Origin: an uncultured Pseudomonadota bacterium | GTDB lineage: Bacteria > Oederibacteriota > Muellerivitia > Muellerivitales > Muellerivitaceae | Direction: 5' to 3' | DNA: 64,000 nucleotides | Assembly (NCBI GenBank): GCA_963836235.1 | Contig: CAWIIP010000002.1 | Location: forward strand, 224,001 to 288,000 | Shown here: one piece after another, positions 43,008 to 52,338 of the stretch | Numbering within the stretch: position 1 is the stretch's first letter | How the letters are laid out: each line of letters begins with the position of its first letter | Translations under genes and position numbers: made by a program | Notes under the pieces: generated by a model | What the model was told of the DNA's origin: nothing | Databases searched by the model: none | Seen by the model: the letters and a program-made list of their open reading frames with translations, nothing else

Positions 43008-44167
43008 AACCATCCAAAATGAAAAACCTATCCGTAAAATCAGCTTCATCTGTTTTTCTTCTAATCCTTCTTTTTTTCTCAAGAACCCTTTCCCACGCCG
43101 AACAAATCATAGATACCGAAGACCCATTAATCGTTTCCAAAAACACCGCCTATATGCGGTTGAAGAACGGCTATTTCTCCGACGCCCTTTCCGCGGGTAA
43201 AGACGCTTTAAAAATGGCGGAAGACCGTTATGGCCCAACCCATCCGGACTTAGTCCCCTTCCTCATCGATCTCGCCACAATTGATCGCTACATGGCCCGT
43301 TACGCCGATGCCGAAGCGGCCCTCAAATGGGGGCTAGCCATCCAAGAAAAGACTTTCGGTCCCGATGATCCCCAAGTGGCCGAGACCTTAGACCAGTTAA
43401 CTTCTCTTTATACCGATTGGGGCAAATGGCCAGATGCCGAGTTCTTTGGAAAAAGGGCTGTCGCCATTCTCGAAAAGAAGGAAACAAACTCGCCCGACGA
43501 CCTTACCCAAGCTCTCGATCATCTCGGCACCGTTGAAATGGAAATGGGAAAAGATTCAGAAGCCCAATCACTTTTGAGAAAAAGTCTCAAAATTCAAGAG
43601 AAAGACGCCAAAACTGATCCGCAGGCCACCCTCCAAACGCTCCATCTTCTTTCCAGGCTTTGCCAATCAAGCAAGCAATTTTCCGACGCGCAATCCTATC
43701 TTCAAAAAGTCCTCGATATTTCGAAGAAAAATTACGCTAACAATTCCGTTGAACAAGCCGACGCCATGGAACTCTTGGGGGATTTTTACCAATCCCAAAA
43801 GCAGGTCGAAAAGGCCGAAAGCTTATTCAAAACCGCCCTCCCTATTTACCAGCGGTTCGTGGGTGTTTATTTTGGCTATTCCACTTCGGATTACGTTCGA
43901 AAGTTGGCAAAAGCCTATGAATCTGTGGGTAAAAACAAGGAAGCGGAAGATTTACTCCAAAAAAGCCAGCAAACCCTAAAGGAAACTTTTGGGCCCAGCC
44001 ATCCCCGGGTGGCTTTAGGTTTGCTGGATTTAGCCCAAGTGGAAGAAGCCCTGGGGCAAAAAACCATAGCTCAGGCAGATCTTAAGGAAGCGCTTACCAT
44101 GGCCCAATCCTTTTTCGGGGACACCCATCCTCTGGTTGTCAAAATCCAAAAACAACTCCATTCATGA
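43004..44167 (+). CDS. Secreted TPR protein (kinesin-light-chain-like repeats)
   Basis: Repeated G(P/D)xHPxV/L...LA...Y TPR units and a signal peptide. Confidence 0.8.
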   Translation: MKPSKMKNLSVKSASSVFLLILLFFSRTLSHAEQIIDTEDPLIVSKNTAYMRLKNGYFSDALSAGKDALKMAEDRYGPTHPDLVPFLIDLATIDRYMARYADAEAALKWGLAIQEKTFGPDDPQVAETLDQLTSLYTDWGKWPDAEFFGKRAVAILEKKETNSPDDLTQALDHLGTVEMEMGKDSEAQSLLRKSLKIQEKDAKTDPQATLQTLHLLSRLCQSSKQFSDAQSYLQKVLDISKKNYANNSVEQADAMELLGDFYQSQKQVEKAESLFKTALPIYQRFVGVYFGYSTSDYVRKLAKAYESVGKNKEAEDLLQKSQQTLKETFGPSHPRVALGLLDLAQVEEALGQKTIAQADLKEALTMAQSFFGDTHPLVVKIQKQLHS

Positions 44168-44191
44168 CCTATCCCATCGCCCTCGAAACCC

Positions 44192-46111
44192 ATGGCTGAA
44201 TCTCAACCGCATCCGATATCCCTGACGCCCTTAAATCGCCTCCAATTCATTTCAAATCCGTGGTTTTATCCAATCTTAGCCTGCTTCCTGTTGGTGATCC
44301 TTTTATCCGCCCGTAAAATCGGAAATTACGATCTCGGTTTCCACCTAAAAGCCGGACAATCCATACTTCAAACACACTCTTTTCCCCAAAAAGATACCTT
44401 CACCTATACCCAAACTGACCGGGACTACCTGGATTCCAACGGCCTTTACCAAATCCTCCTATATGTCTTCGTTAAGAACATAGGGTACTCCGCCCTCACC
44501 TTACTCAACATGGTAGTCATTCTTCTCGTTTTTGGACTCTTGTGGGGCCGTATCCAGTCCACGAAAGCCCCTTTTTGGGGAAAAACGCTGATTTTTTTAG
44601 CCGCCATCCTGGCCACGGAACGGCGTTTCATTGTTCGCCCCGAGATTTTTTCATGGCTTTATTTAAGCCTGACCTTGCTCATTCTTGAATCCCGGATACA
44701 TCGAACCCGAAACCTTCTCTTTCTATTGCCGGTCATTCAACTTCTCTGGGTCAATACCGAGGGACTCTTCATGTTGGGCTGGGCCGCCATAGCGGCTTAT
44801 GGAATCAGCGGCTGGCTTCAGGAAAAAAGGGTGGATCGGGCCCTTTTCCCCTATTTTCTTTTGTCGATCGCGGCAGATTTCTTGAATCCCTATGGGTACA
44901 AGGGCTTACTCTTTCCCTTCGTTTTATGGACCCGGCTCCAAGCCTCTAATATCTATAAACAAACCATTTCAGAATTCTTTACTCCCTGGCACTTTCTAAC
45001 CGGTCAAAATCTCCAGTACGATTCCTACCTTCATATATTTATCTTCTTTGCCCTAGTTCTCTTTTCATTGCTTCTGGCCATCCCCTCCATTCGGCAAAGG
45101 AAATTCCACGAAATATCCCTTTTCGTGATTTTCCTTTTCTTGGCCTTGATGGCCGTCCGGAATATCCCTTTATTTATCCTCATCGACGCCCCTTTCCTGG
45201 CGGTTTGCCTGGCCGATTGGACGGCCAAACCCCGCTGGGGATGGCTTTATGGCCCCCAAACCGCTATCGGGCTTACCCTCTTTCTTGTTCTTTTAGGATT
45301 AAGGGTAGGCACCAACGCCTTTTATCTTTCAGACCGCAGAAATGACAGGATGGGCTTGGGTTTGGATACCGACCGTCTACCCGTAAAAGCCGTTCACTAC
45401 ATGATCCAAAACCGCTTGGATGGGCAAATGCTCAATGACTTGAATTTTGGGGGATGGCTGGACTGGCAGGGTCCCCAGCCCACCTACATTGACGGCCGCC
45501 TGGAAGTACCGGACGACTCCTTTTACGGGCAATATAAGCAAAGCTTCGCTCCGGCGGGCCTGATCCCCCTTTTGGCTATCACCCAAGCCCAGTTGGTCGT
45601 CATGGAATACAACTCCGCCATTTCCTGGGCCGATCAGCTCCAAAGGTTTCAAGACTGGCGCCTGATTTACCTGGACGAATGCACAGCCATTTACGCCCGT
45701 AAGGACTATGCCCCCCAAATCCCCGCCCTTTCTTATGCCGATTTCACCAAATCCATCGGTATCCCCAGCGAAACGGATATCTCCGTCATGGGCCAGCTTC
45801 AAAACCTAAGGCCTTCTAAGTTTTCATCCTGGATCGAGGGATTTTACCAGCCGCAGTTTTATGCCATGAGCACCTTCAGCATGGGCCTCTTCGCCATGCG
45901 GATGGGTGAGTACCAAGCCGCGCGGGATATTTTTATGGAAGGCTTCCGCCAAACGAACGGGGCCTATGGGGAAGTTTTTTTCAACCTGGCCGTGGCCAAC
46001 CTTCACTTGAAAAACTACGCCATCGGCAAATGGTGCCTGCAATACAGCCTCGGATTGGAACCCAATAATCCTTCGGCCATACAAATGCTCAACAGCTTGA
46101 GAAGTTATTGA
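44192..46111 (+). CDS. Multi-TM membrane protein, GT-C-like, with C-terminal TPR
   Basis: YDLGFHLKAG after TM1, RPEIFS, LWVNTEG, LNPYG, FGGWLDW and YIDGRLE; about 11 TMs. Confidence 0.6.
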   Translation: MAESQPHPISLTPLNRLQFISNPWFYPILACFLLVILLSARKIGNYDLGFHLKAGQSILQTHSFPQKDTFTYTQTDRDYLDSNGLYQILLYVFVKNIGYSALTLLNMVVILLVFGLLWGRIQSTKAPFWGKTLIFLAAILATERRFIVRPEIFSWLYLSLTLLILESRIHRTRNLLFLLPVIQLLWVNTEGLFMLGWAAIAAYGISGWLQEKRVDRALFPYFLLSIAADFLNPYGYKGLLFPFVLWTRLQASNIYKQTISEFFTPWHFLTGQNLQYDSYLHIFIFFALVLFSLLLAIPSIRQRKFHEISLFVIFLFLALMAVRNIPLFILIDAPFLAVCLADWTAKPRWGWLYGPQTAIGLTLFLVLLGLRVGTNAFYLSDRRNDRMGLGLDTDRLPVKAVHYMIQNRLDGQMLNDLNFGGWLDWQGPQPTYIDGRLEVPDDSFYGQYKQSFAPAGLIPLLAITQAQLVVMEYNSAISWADQLQRFQDWRLIYLDECTAIYARKDYAPQIPALSYADFTKSIGIPSETDISVMGQLQNLRPSKFSSWIEGFYQPQFYAMSTFSMGLFAMRMGEYQAARDIFMEGFRQTNGAYGEVFFNLAVANLHLKNYAIGKWCLQYSLGLEPNNPSAIQMLNSLRSY

Positions 46112-46125
46112 GAAAAGGCGGTTTG

Positions 46126-46237
46126 AACCACGAAGGCACAAAGGGCACCAAGAAAAGCAAAAATAGAGATAGGGTTTAACATAGTCTTAAATATCTTTGT
46201 CTTTCGTTTCACTTCGTACCCTTTGTGCCTCGTGGTT
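46126..46237. repeat. REP-like imperfect inverted repeat with 9-nt internal periodicity
   Basis: Left arm aaccacgaaggcacaaagggcaccaag (46126-46152) and right arm cttcgtaccctttgtgcctcgtggtt (46212-46237). Confidence 0.75.
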
Positions 46238-46380
46238 TTTACTGCCCTTGGCCAAAGGCCAATGGGTGGTGGTTCAACAGATTCTTCGTCTTTCTATGTT
46301 CTGGCAACCTTCACAACCAGGTCAAATTCGGCTAAACTCCCCCTTCAAAATGCAGGTCCAAAACCTTAAGGTAAGGGTTC

Positions 46381-47454
46381 ATGACTGAAGCAAAACAAAC
46401 TTTCCCCATGGCGGAAGCCAAAAAAATCGTCGACGACCTCTTCGAGCCCAGCGCGGCCCTCTATTGGGCCGATCTCCTCTTTAACACTATCCTCGGCTGG
46501 GGGGCCTTCGTCTTGGCGGTTTTATCCCCCAACTTTTCAGCCATCCAAATCCTCAGTCTGGCCGTTTCGGTCTTTTGCCTCTACCGGGCGGTGATCTTTA
46601 TTCACGAATTAACCCACCTCAAAAAAGACACTTTCGGCTTGTTCCGGATCGTTTGGAACCTGCTTTGCGGCTTCCCCTTCATGGTCCCCTCCTTCACCTA
46701 TATGGGCGTCCATATCGACCACCATAAACAGAAAATGTATGGCACCCGGGACGACGGCGAATACCTTCCCTTTGTCCTGATGGGCCGCTTTCGGATTATT
46801 CTTTTCTTTTTAACCATGCTGGTCGTTCCCTTTGTCTTTACCCTCCGCTTCCTGCTGACCCCCATTTCTTACCTCATTCCACCCCTCCGCAAGCTCCTTT
46901 GGGAATACCTTTCGTCGCTTTCCATTGACCCCGAATGGGCTCGCCCCGCCCCCCAGGAAAGGGACGGCAAATGGTGGCAATTGCAGGAATGGCTGACCTT
47001 CGGTTATGCCGTGGCTTTTGGCTGGTTGCTGTGGAAAGGAATACTGCCGCTGAAAGTGCTGGTTCTCTGGTACATCGTGGCGACGCTGATCTTATTGACC
47101 AACGGCATTCGAACCGTCGCGGCCACCCATTGTTACCGCAACCCCGCCGACCACATTTTGGAATTTTCGGAGCAGTTTTTGGACTCGGTCACCGTCCCCG
47201 GCAACCCCGTCACTACCGGCCTCTGGGCCCCTGTCGGCCTTCGCTACCACGCCGTCCATCATTTGTTTCCCGGCATGCCCTATCATAACCTGGGGAAAGC
47301 CCATTATCGCTTAATGAAGGAACTGCCGGAGAATTCGATCTATCGTTTGAGCCTGAGGAAAAGCCTTTGGCATGGGCTGTCACAGCTTTGGAGGGAAACG
47401 ACCGCCGCCCAAACGGCCAAGCAGGCGGTTGGAAGAACTTCGAAAGTTTCTTAG
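46381..47454 (+). CDS. Membrane fatty acid desaturase family protein
   Basis: His boxes HELTH, HIDHH and HAVHH with TM segments. Confidence 0.88.
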   Translation: MTEAKQTFPMAEAKKIVDDLFEPSAALYWADLLFNTILGWGAFVLAVLSPNFSAIQILSLAVSVFCLYRAVIFIHELTHLKKDTFGLFRIVWNLLCGFPFMVPSFTYMGVHIDHHKQKMYGTRDDGEYLPFVLMGRFRIILFFLTMLVVPFVFTLRFLLTPISYLIPPLRKLLWEYLSSLSIDPEWARPAPQERDGKWWQLQEWLTFGYAVAFGWLLWKGILPLKVLVLWYIVATLILLTNGIRTVAATHCYRNPADHILEFSEQFLDSVTVPGNPVTTGLWAPVGLRYHAVHHLFPGMPYHNLGKAHYRLMKELPENSIYRLSLRKSLWHGLSQLWRETTAAQTAKQAVGRTSKVS

Positions 47455-47485
47455 ATATTCCAAATCCGTTTTGACATTTTCTCCC

Positions 47486-47512
47486 TTGACAAGGTTATAC
47501 CGAAGTTATACT
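47486..47512 (+). promoter_or_regulatory. TA promoter/operator, probably leaderless
   Basis: TTGACA (47486) and TATACT (47507) with a short 15-nt spacer. GTTATAC is repeated at 11-bp spacing. ATG lies 8 nt after the -10 with no SD. Confidence 0.45.
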
Positions 47513-47520
47513 TTTGACTT

Positions 47521-47757
47521 ATGAAAACAGCTATCTCCATTCCTCATAAGGTTTTTGAAACTGCCGAAAAACTGGCCGAAAAACTGGGTGTTTCCCGAAG
47601 CCAACTCTATGTAACGGCTATTAAAGATTACCTTGATGGCCATATGGATGATTCCGTGACGGCTAAACTCAACGAACTTTATGCCGATACGGATTCTAAG
47701 CTTGGCCCCGCGCTGAGGAAACTTCAGGCAAAGTCTATTTCTAAGGATGGGTGGTGA
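47521..47757 (+). CDS. RHH antitoxin (ChpI/MazE-like)
   Basis: MKTAISIP...AEKLGVSRSQLY ribbon-helix-helix; overlaps the toxin start. Confidence 0.85.
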   Translation: MKTAISIPHKVFETAEKLAEKLGVSRSQLYVTAIKDYLDGHMDDSVTAKLNELYADTDSKLGPALRKLQAKSISKDGW

Positions 47758-48095
47758 ACCGGGGCGAAATTTGGTGGGCGGACCTACCCGGCCCCAAAGC
47801 TTCGGAACCTGGATACAGCCGCCCCGTCCTAATTGTTCAATCAGACGCGTTTAATCGCAGCCGCATTCAAACCATTGTCGCCATCGCTCTTACGTCCAAT
47901 CTCCGATTGGCCGATGCTCCTGGAAATGTGAAACTATCCGCGCGTAAAACGGGTCTTCCAAAAGATTCGGTGGCCAATGTGTCCCAAATCATTACCCTGG
48001 ACAAAACCTTTCTGAGGGACAAATCTGGAAAATTGGACGCGTTAACAATAAACCACATTGAAGATGGAATAAAACTTTTGCTGGATTTGAAATAA
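47751..48095 (+). CDS. PemK/MazF-family toxin
   Basis: RGEIWWADL, EPGYSRPVLIVQSDAFN and GLPKDSVANVSQIITLDK. Confidence 0.92.
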   Translation: MVNRGEIWWADLPGPKASEPGYSRPVLIVQSDAFNRSRIQTIVAIALTSNLRLADAPGNVKLSARKTGLPKDSVANVSQIITLDKTFLRDKSGKLDALTINHIEDGIKLLLDLK

Positions 48096-48142
48096 TTCTT
48101 GAGTAGAACACAGGCGCAGTAATGTGCAGGTCAATCCTTGGC

Positions 48143-48298
48143 TTGTTTCCCGGCATGCCCTATCCCAACCTGGGAAAAGCCCACTATCGTTTGAGCCTGA
48201 GAAAGAGCCTTTGGCATGGTTTGTCGCAACTGTGGAAGGAAACAACTGCTGCCCAAACGGCCAAACAGGCGGTTGGAAGAACTTCAAAGGCTTCTTAA
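48143..48298 (+). pseudogene. Duplicated 3' end of the desaturase gene (matches 47263-47454)
   Basis: Encodes LFPGMPYPNLGKAHYR/LSLRKSLWHGLSQLWKETTAAQTAKQAVGRTSKAS*, with a 36-nt in-frame deletion between two tatcg microhomologies. Confidence 0.92.
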
Positions 48299-48395
48299 AA
48301 TCCTAAATACCTCCCTGTCGTGGACAAAAAAATAATGGTTAATGGTGGCCTGACCCCGTTTTTCACTTTACGGACGATTGCGTAAGTCGTTTGAT

Positions 48396-49192
48396 TCAAG
48401 GCAAAACATTAGTTTTCCTCCAAGTTTGATAAACATCTGATTTCAAGATTGGGATGAATTGAGTATCTTTGTTTAGAACCTCTTGATACTTGGAATCCAA
48501 TTGGATGACTTTTGCGATTTCTCGGACAGCTAATTCCGGTTGATTTTCGGCCCAATAAGCGAGCGTTAAATTGTAATGACCCATTAAATAATCCGGCTTA
48601 ATTCTAACTGATCTTTGTAAGGCTTGAGCCGCTTCATAACCATAAGCTGTTCCCTTTTGCCGTAAATAAGCATAACCCATTAAACCCCACGCCTCATAAT
48701 TCTCGTAATCACATGAAGTGGCCTCCATATATTCTTGGATAGCATTTCTATAATCTTGAACGCGGTAATATTCCTTTCCCTTTTTTAAATGTTTCCAGGT
48801 TTCCGCGAAAGGATTAAGCCATTTGTAATTCCTAACAAAAGCAGGAGTTCCTTCTGAATCGTTCCCTATAATTTCATCAATATCAACATCCTTAAACACA
48901 GGAGGGGTAAAATTTCCATCTTCACTAACATCTTCACCCTTGAAAGCCGGTATTATTTTTCCATTATAAAAAAAATAAAATTCTGACGAACAAGCCCTAG
49001 CAGACAACGCACACCAATGAAGACCAAAAAAAATAGGCCCTCTTTTTTTTATCAAACCAAAATCCATATACGAAGGCCAAATACTCTCAAAAGGAAGTTG
49101 ATCAAGCAATTTTCCATCTTCATCAAAAACCATTAACATTCTTTGACCGGAAATTTCATCCGGGGCCATTAGAAAAATTTCCTTTTTCCCAT
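48396..49192 (-). pseudogene. 5'-truncated AT-rich TPR protein gene, cut by IS21
   Basis: C-terminal TPRs (GKEYYRVQDYRNAIQEY, AWGLMGYAY, GHYNLTLAY). The first ~39 aa of the ORF-track call read out of the IS left end. Confidence 0.7.
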
Positions 49193-49279
49193 TGTAAACG
49201 CCGTTCCAAAACCGTGACGGTCTAGAGGCCCTCTCAGGGCGGTCGAAAAGTGTGACACTCCCCGAAATTACCGGATGAT

Positions 49280-50836
49280 GTGTGTTTTTCAGCGATGAAA
49301 ACCACGCCACCGGAAGGAAAAGGAGTGTACAAAGACATGGACCAATGGACGGAAATCCGCAAGAAAATCCTGGTGGAAGGGGTCTCCAAGCGCCAGGTGA
49401 TGGAAGAAGAAGGCATCCACTGGGAAACCCTCCAGAAAATACTCGCCCATAGCGAGCCTCCCGGCTACCAGATGAGCCAGGAGAGGCCCCAGCCCAAAGT
49501 GGGGCCCTTCTTGGGCCGGATCAAGCAAATCCTAGAAGACGACAAACACACCCACAAAAAGCAACGCCATACCGCCAAGCGCATCTTTGAGCGTCTGCGT
49601 AAAGAGGATGGTTACACGGGTGGGTATACCCAGGTGAAAAAAGCCGTCCGCGGGATCAAGCACAGGAACAGCGAAGTTTTCGTGCCGTTGTCGCACCGGC
49701 CTGGTGAGGCACAGGTGGACTTTGGGCACGCCCTGGTCAAACTCAATGGCGTGCTGGTAAAACGCCCCTACTTTGTGATGGCCTTGCCCTATTTGGATGC
49801 TTTCTTCGTGCAGATATTCGAGCGGGAGAGTACGGAGTTCGTCTGGGAAGGCCACATCCGGGCCTTTGAGTACTTCGGCGGCGTGCCTTCACGGATTAGC
49901 TATGACAACGCCAAAACCCTCGTGAAAAAGCTGATCGGGGTACACCAACGGGAATTGACACGGAGTTTCCAACAGTTGGTAAGCCACTATCTCTTCGACC
50001 ACCACTTCTGCACCGTACGCCGGGGTAACGAAAAGGGTGTGGTGGAAGGCGGGGTGAAGTATGTCCGACTAAATTTCATGGTGCCGGTTCCGCAAGTGGG
50101 ACATTTGGAGGAACTGAACAAAAAATTGGTGGTGAACTGCGATGAGGATTTGGAACGCAAATTGCGCGGCAAAGGGGCAGTCAAAGCCAAGCTTCTTGAA
50201 GAGGACAAAGCCCATTTTCGGCCTTTGCCCGCTACACCTTTTGATGCTTGTCTGAAGCAATCCACGACGGCCACATCCTTGTCCCTGGTTCGCTTCGACA
50301 CCAACGACTATTCCGTGCCATCGGAATGGGCTCACCATCCGGTGGTGGTGAAAGGATACATCGACCGGGTGGATATTTTTTACAAGGCCAGGCGAATTGC
50401 GACCCATGATCGTCTTTGGTGCAAGGAAGGCGTAACCTTCAATCCGGTGCATTATTTGGCGGTTTTGGAGGGAAAGCCTGGGGCACTGGACCATGCCCGG
50501 CCCCTGGAAGATTGGAACCTGCCGGAGAGTTTCACCCTCTTGCGCCGTCGCATGGAAGGAAAGGAAAAGTTTCACGGCGAGGGGACGAGGGAATTCATCA
50601 AGACGTTGCGGCTTTTGGAAAAGAATTCCATGGGCAGGCTCCACCGGGCCGTGAAAAAAGCCGTTCAGATGGAAATTTATACACGCGATGCCGTCGCCCA
50701 GTTGCTCTACTCCAAGGAAGATTTCAGACTGACCACCTTCAGCTTGGCCGGTCGTGAGCATTTGCGGCGGGTTCAGGTGGCCCGGACAGATCTTTTGGCC
50801 TACCGAGAACTGATGGCCGTTGGAGGTGAAGCATGA
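49280..50836 (+). CDS. istA: IS21 transposase IstA
   Basis: HTAKRIFERL, GEAQVDFG, YDNAK and EKGVVEGGV (DDE). The true start is probably 49326 or 49337-region rather than 49280. Confidence 0.93.
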   Translation: MCFSAMKTTPPEGKGVYKDMDQWTEIRKKILVEGVSKRQVMEEEGIHWETLQKILAHSEPPGYQMSQERPQPKVGPFLGRIKQILEDDKHTHKKQRHTAKRIFERLRKEDGYTGGYTQVKKAVRGIKHRNSEVFVPLSHRPGEAQVDFGHALVKLNGVLVKRPYFVMALPYLDAFFVQIFERESTEFVWEGHIRAFEYFGGVPSRISYDNAKTLVKKLIGVHQRELTRSFQQLVSHYLFDHHFCTVRRGNEKGVVEGGVKYVRLNFMVPVPQVGHLEELNKKLVVNCDEDLERKLRGKGAVKAKLLEEDKAHFRPLPATPFDACLKQSTTATSLSLVRFDTNDYSVPSEWAHHPVVVKGYIDRVDIFYKARRIATHDRLWCKEGVTFNPVHYLAVLEGKPGALDHARPLEDWNLPESFTLLRRRMEGKEKFHGEGTREFIKTLRLLEKNSMGRLHRAVKKAVQMEIYTRDAVAQLLYSKEDFRLTTFSLAGREHLRRVQVARTDLLAYRELMAVGGEA

Positions 50837-51606
50837 GCGAAACCAAAAAGACCCTCTTGCTGGAACACCACCTCAAAAAACTCAAGTTGCCTACCATGCA
50901 CCGCGAGTACGACAAGATGGCCCAACTCTGTCGTACTGAACGCAGTGATTATCCGCAGTACCTGTTCAAGCTGGCCGAACTGGAACTTCTTGACCGGGAA
51001 CGCCGGGCCAAGGAGAGGCGTATCCGGGATGCGGGCTTTCCCGTGCTCAAGACATTGGACACGTTCGACTTCAAAGCTCAGCCTTCGATCAACCAGGAAT
51101 TGACGCGGGAACTCATGCGGGGCGAGTACATCGACAAAAAAGAAAACGTCCTGCTGATCGGAAATTCAGGAACAGGTAAAACCCATTTGGCCACGGCCTT
51201 GGCCTTCCAGGCCTGCTGCCAGGGCCGGGCGGTGCGGTTCTTCTCCGTCACCGGCCTTGTGACGGAACTTTTGGAGCGCCGGGAGGAAAAACAATTGGCC
51301 AAGTTCCACCGGCAGTTGGCCAGGCTCCACCTGATCGTCCTGGACGAACTGGGTTACGTACCCTTCACCAAGGCGGGGGCCGAGCTGCTATTCGAGGTGG
51401 TCAGCAAGGCCTATGAGCGTACCAGCCTGATGGTAACCACTAATTTGCCCTTTGAAAATTGGGTGGAAATCATGGGTTCGGAAAGAATGACGGGGGCTCT
51501 TATTGACCGTTTGACCCATCGGGTGCATATTCTGGAGGCCAACGGCCAAAGCTTCAGGCTGGGGGAAGCGAAAAAACGGCTAAGGCGTAAAGACAAGAAG
51601 GATTGA
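50833..51606 (+). CDS. istB: IS21 ATPase helper IstB
   Basis: GNSGTGKTHLA, LDELGY, TTNLPF and LIDRLTHR. Confidence 0.95.
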   Translation: MSETKKTLLLEHHLKKLKLPTMHREYDKMAQLCRTERSDYPQYLFKLAELELLDRERRAKERRIRDAGFPVLKTLDTFDFKAQPSINQELTRELMRGEYIDKKENVLLIGNSGTGKTHLATALAFQACCQGRAVRFFSVTGLVTELLERREEKQLAKFHRQLARLHLIVLDELGYVPFTKAGAELLFEVVSKAYERTSLMVTTNLPFENWVEIMGSERMTGALIDRLTHRVHILEANGQSFRLGEAKKRLRRKDKKD

Positions 51607-51706
51607 AAAGATTAACCAACGACCATACACCCTAAAGGCGTATGGAAGGCGGGGGGTGTCACACTTTTGGACCGCCCACCGTCACACTTTTCGACCGGCG
51701 CGGACA

Positions 51707-51895
51707 TTTTAAGTAGGTCACCTTCTTAGCCCGGTGCTTTCGAACAACTTTGGAGATGACTTCCTGGAAAAAACAAAGGACTACGTAAGGAGTTAACCCC
51801 TTATGCTTCCGATGAGACCGGGAGACATGGGGTTCCAACATAGCTTTCCGCGAGGGGTCGAATTCCAAGATTGGATAACGTTGACGTTTAAGCAT
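51707..51895 (-). pseudogene. 3'-truncated nucleoside phosphorylase-like gene
   Basis: YPILEFDPSRKAMLEP...VVLCFFQEVI resembles the N-terminus of nucleoside phosphorylase family proteins. The frame enters the IS at ...TYLK|C. Confidence 0.6.
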
Positions 51896-51944
51896 TTAAT
51901 GATCCAACCTTTTTAAAATTAATAGAGCCGTTGGAAATAATCTT

Positions 51945-51970
51945 GTCCACGACGGGTCCCCTTCGTGGAC
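51945..51970. other. Small hairpin gtccacga-N10-tcgtggac
   Basis: 8-bp perfect inverted repeat just beyond the last rluD 3' duplicate. Confidence 0.5.
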
Positions 51971-51992
51971 ACCAACTACATTCAAAACCCAA

Positions 51993-52119
51993 CTACTTCA
52001 CCCAAACCAAATCTTTCAACTCGGGCGGATCAATGCCTAGCATCACCAAGCATTCCTCGAAATCCACGGGCGGAAGAACCGTATAGGTCTTCGTGATTCC
52101 CGTCTGGGGTGTTGTTGGA
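51993..52119 (-). pseudogene. Duplicated rluD 3' end, copy C
   Basis: TGITKTYTVLPPVDFEECLVMLGIDPPELKDLVWVK* matches 53529-53655. Confidence 0.93.
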
Positions 52120-52128
52120 GGAAGTAAA

Positions 52129-52338
52129 TTATTTATTCCAGTCGGAAGGATGAATATCGGCTTGCCGGAGAATTTCGCGCAGAAGAGGAATTCCAATATC
52201 ACCCTGATGTGGATTGGGGATGCGGAGTTTTAAGGTGCCTTTCACCATGAACATATGCTTCCCTCCGCTATAGGGACCCTCAAAACCTAGGCGGACCAAA
52301 CCCCGGATCAAATCACGCCGGGAAACGGGTCTAAGCAT
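52129..52338 (-). CDS. hicA: HicA-family toxin
   Basis: LVRLGFEGPYSGGKHMFM...IPNPH...DIGIPLLREILRQA. Confidence 0.88.
   Translation of the reverse strand: MLRPVSRRDLIRGLVRLGFEGPYSGGKHMFMVKGTLKLRIPNPHQGDIGIPLLREILRQADIHPSDWNK

Larger units (their letters stand above)
49193..51706 (+). mobile_element. IS21-family insertion sequence (2514 bp)
   Basis: Left end TGTAAACGCCGTTCCAAAACCGTGACGG versus reverse complement of right end TGTCCGCGCCGGTCGAAAAGTGTGACGG. Internal repeats GGTC(G/C)AAAAGTGTGAC at both ends. Contains istA and istB. No target duplication. Confidence 0.92.

Noticed and set aside
48124-48306. 60-aa ORF after mazF
   Set aside because: Out-of-frame reading of the duplicated desaturase tail.
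49193-49310. N-terminus of the 304-aa ORF 48396-49310
   Set aside because: These codons lie inside the IS21 left end; they are read-through rather than the native start.
51993-52202. 69-aa ORF as a real small gene
   Set aside because: Chance fusion of an alternative hicA frame with the duplicated rluD tail.
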